This document shows positions 52,233 to 53,595 of a stretch of DNA of 53,595 nt, piece after piece. Position 1 is the first letter of the stretch. Each line of letters opens with the position of its first letter. A model generated the notes under the pieces. It searched no databases. It had not been told where the DNA came from and saw only the letters and a list, made by a program, of their open reading frames with translations. This stretch comes from a bacterium (GTDB lineage: Bacteria > Patescibacteriota > Minisyncoccia > UBA6257 > WO2-44-18). The stretch spans positions 1 through 53,595 of the forward strand of contig JAUYMR010000012.1 in the NCBI GenBank assembly GCA_030698695.1. Direction: 5' to 3'. Made by a program: the position numbers and the translations under genes.

Positions 52233-52404
52233 TTTGTTGTTTTTTAATTTCTTTTTTTAAAATGTCTTTAAATGAAGGTTTGCGCTCGCCCTCTTTTTGT
52301 TTATTTAAATCTTTGTCCCCAGTTTCTGTAACGGGTTGAGTTTTCTTTTCTTGGCTGGGAATAGTTGGTTTACTGATTTTCTCAGGCCATAATTTATCCA
52401 TCAT
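52222..52404 (-). CDS. Hypothetical Lys/Glu-rich small protein overlapping the eno start
   Basis: 60-aa ORF with an 11-nt overlap with eno. TATAAT lies 8 nt upstream of its ATG. Low-complexity sequence. Confidence 0.3.
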   Translation of the reverse strand: MMDKLWPEKISKPTIPSQEKKTQPVTETGDKDLNKQKEGERKPSFKDILKKEIKKQQNDQ

Positions 52405-52596
52405 ATTTAATAATTATAACATTGGCCTTAGATACGTACCACTGTTGAGAAATGTTGTACAGTAAACAAAAATAATGTATTGTTTTATCAGTATTTTAAC
52501 AATTTTAAAAACCCCTTAAGGAGGACTGCTTTGTCATTTAAACCAGCCCTGATTCCAGAATAATTTGTTGGAAAATGCATTATTAATGCCGTAGCC

Positions 52597-52977
52597 GTGT
52601 ATTCAAAAGATAGATACCTGATCCTTAAATTAAGTGATGATAGGGTGTTTAAATCAGTTATTAGAGCTTATCAATTGCCCAACAGAACTGGGATTGGTTT
52701 CATGCCAGATTTTATTAATGTTGGCGGAACGGCCCTAATAAGAGCAAAACCAAAGGTTGAGATTAGATTCTTGTTGGGTCAGATAATAAAGAGAGTTTTT
52801 ATTGGTGACACACCCAACAGTCCTTATGGTTCATTTATAACAATGTTTTTTAGAGAAGATGAAGTTGCTGTGATGCGTATTGAAGCTTCACCGGTATTAC
52901 CAGGACAGAAAGCAGTAAACAACTTTGCCGTTTTTAGAGGCATGCCTCCTGAGAGTACGAGAATTGTTACGATATAA
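52597..52977 (+). CDS. Hypothetical protein (126 aa)
   Basis: GTG-start ORF followed by a terminator. No family recognised and no SD at the annotated start. Confidence 0.4.
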   Translation: MYSKDRYLILKLSDDRVFKSVIRAYQLPNRTGIGFMPDFINVGGTALIRAKPKVEIRFLLGQIIKRVFIGDTPNSPYGSFITMFFREDEVAVMRIEASPVLPGQKAVNNFAVFRGMPPESTRIVTI

Positions 52978-52983
52978 ATATTA

Positions 52984-53008
52984 AAAGGGCCCCAATGGCC
53001 CTTTTTGT
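52984..53008 (+). terminator. Rho-independent terminator
   Basis: AAGGGCCccaatGGCCCTT followed by TTTG. Confidence 0.75.
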
Positions 53009-53137
53009 TTAGTTGATTTTATCAGCATTTGATAGTATGCTAACCCAAGATATCCGCGAGCCGAATTTAAGCAGGCTTAATACGTCGTTTTGCTCGAAGA
53101 GTCTACAAGGTCGTTTAATAAAATATATCAGAGCAAA

Positions 53138-53320
53138 ATGTCATACGATCCTAACCGCGGCAACGCGCCGACTAAGAGATTCGAAGGAAATTGGAAATGC
53201 TCCAAATGTGGAGCGGATATTACCAGTCTTCCATTTGAGCCAGATCCGTCTAGACTAGATCAGCTCAAGTGTTTTGATTGTCATCGTAAAGATGCTCCGC
53301 CTCGCAGAAACTTCAGATAA
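53138..53320 (+). CDS. CxxC-x20-CxxC zinc-ribbon small protein (60 aa)
   Basis: WKCSKCGADITSLPFEPDPSRLDQLKCFDCHRK. Start set at ATG 53138. Confidence 0.6.
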   Translation: MSYDPNRGNAPTKRFEGNWKCSKCGADITSLPFEPDPSRLDQLKCFDCHRKDAPPRRNFR

Positions 53321-53327
53321 GCATTTA

Positions 53328-53360
53328 AAACACCCCCGCAAAGCGGGGGTGTTTGTTTTA
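53328..53360 (+). terminator. Rho-independent terminator
   Basis: AAACACCCCCGCaaaGCGGGGGTGTTT. Confidence 0.8.
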
Positions 53361-53367
53361 ACACCCC

Positions 53368-53396
53368 TTGACTTCTATTAATATATATGATATACT
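53368..53396 (+). promoter_or_regulatory. Near-consensus promoter
   Basis: TTGACT-17 nt-TATACT. Confidence 0.55.
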
Positions 53397-53495
53397 ACGT
53401 AAAACAGTTATTTGAAAAACTAATACCATTTCCAAGGAGTGGAAAAAGTGGTTAACGACAGAAGTGACAAAAAGTTGATTAAGGAGGGTGACCAC

Positions 53496-53595
53496 ATGGT
53501 GTGGGTCACTAGGGAAGAGTTGAATCGTCGCAAGGCTCGGGACAAGGCCAGGGACAAAAAGGCTAAGGATCAGAGGGGCAAAGAGTTGGGTAGGC
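53496..53595 (+). CDS. Partial (5' end) small Lys/Arg-rich hypothetical protein, runs off the window
   Basis: AAGGAGGG SD 7 nt before ATG 53496. An in-frame GTG at 53448, also preceded by AAGGAG, is an alternative start. Confidence 0.45.
   Translation, partial: MVWVTREELNRRKARDKARDKKAKDQRGKELGR

Noticed and set aside
52531-52563. 10-codon mini-ORF (TTG SFKPALIPE stop) 6 nt after a perfect AAGGAGG, upstream of the 126-aa hypothetical gene.
   Set aside because: Too short to evaluate, and the start is non-ATG. It could be a leader peptide, or the SD may be fortuitous. Not reported as a feature.
1-53595. Searched by eye for CRISPR arrays, rRNA genes, RNase P RNA (GGAAAGTCC) and known riboswitch cores upstream of thrS, nrdJ, tgt and mgtC.
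   Set aside because: No regularly spaced direct repeats and no conserved cores were found. The intergenic spacers before those genes are too short (10-60 nt) to hold such elements.

Overview
AT-rich window (about 40% GC by hand sampling) of densely packed, mostly housekeeping bacterial genes. The gene content and style (short or domain-minimised enzymes, many genes without a Shine-Dalgarno sequence, class II RNR, PolX, hinge-less SMC) fit a reduced-genome Patescibacteria/CPR-like organism; that assignment is inference. Recognisable blocks: nusB-rpmF-rnhB; dnaE-thrS; htrA; smc; an rpsP-KH-trmD operon interrupted by an IS200-like/RAYT gene with flanking palindromic repeats; LOG-family pair; mgtC; a membrane-anchored Clp-like AAA+ gene, MFS half and PolX joined by 4-nt overlaps; infC-rpmI-rplT; smpB with tmRNA 3 nt downstream; cysteine desulfurase; rplJ-rplL behind a structured leader; a partial dcw cluster (mraZ-rsmH-ftsL-ftsI-murF); tsaC-tgt; PCD; nrdJ; eno-pyk. 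Two small ribosomal protein genes (L32, L35) and one 53-aa ORF absent from the ORF track were found by hand translation. Most unusual observations: (1) a structurally perfect tRNA whose anticodon loop is split by a ~132-nt insert that carries a complete tRNA-Val(CAC); (2) three tiny GC-rich (57-66% by hand count for two of them) single-ORF cassettes, each with a near-consensus promoter, Shine-Dalgarno sequence and strong terminator, two of them next to tRNA genes; (3) a RAYT/REP-like element with a third REP copy 18.5 kb away; (4) a cluster of TG(G/T)GGATAA boxes upstream of mraZ that fits both DnaA-box and MraZ-operator consensus; (5) an rplJ leader with mutually exclusive antiterminator/terminator pairings. 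No CRISPR array, rRNA gene or obvious defence system was seen. All calls rest on reading the sequence and on motif memory; no database search was run.
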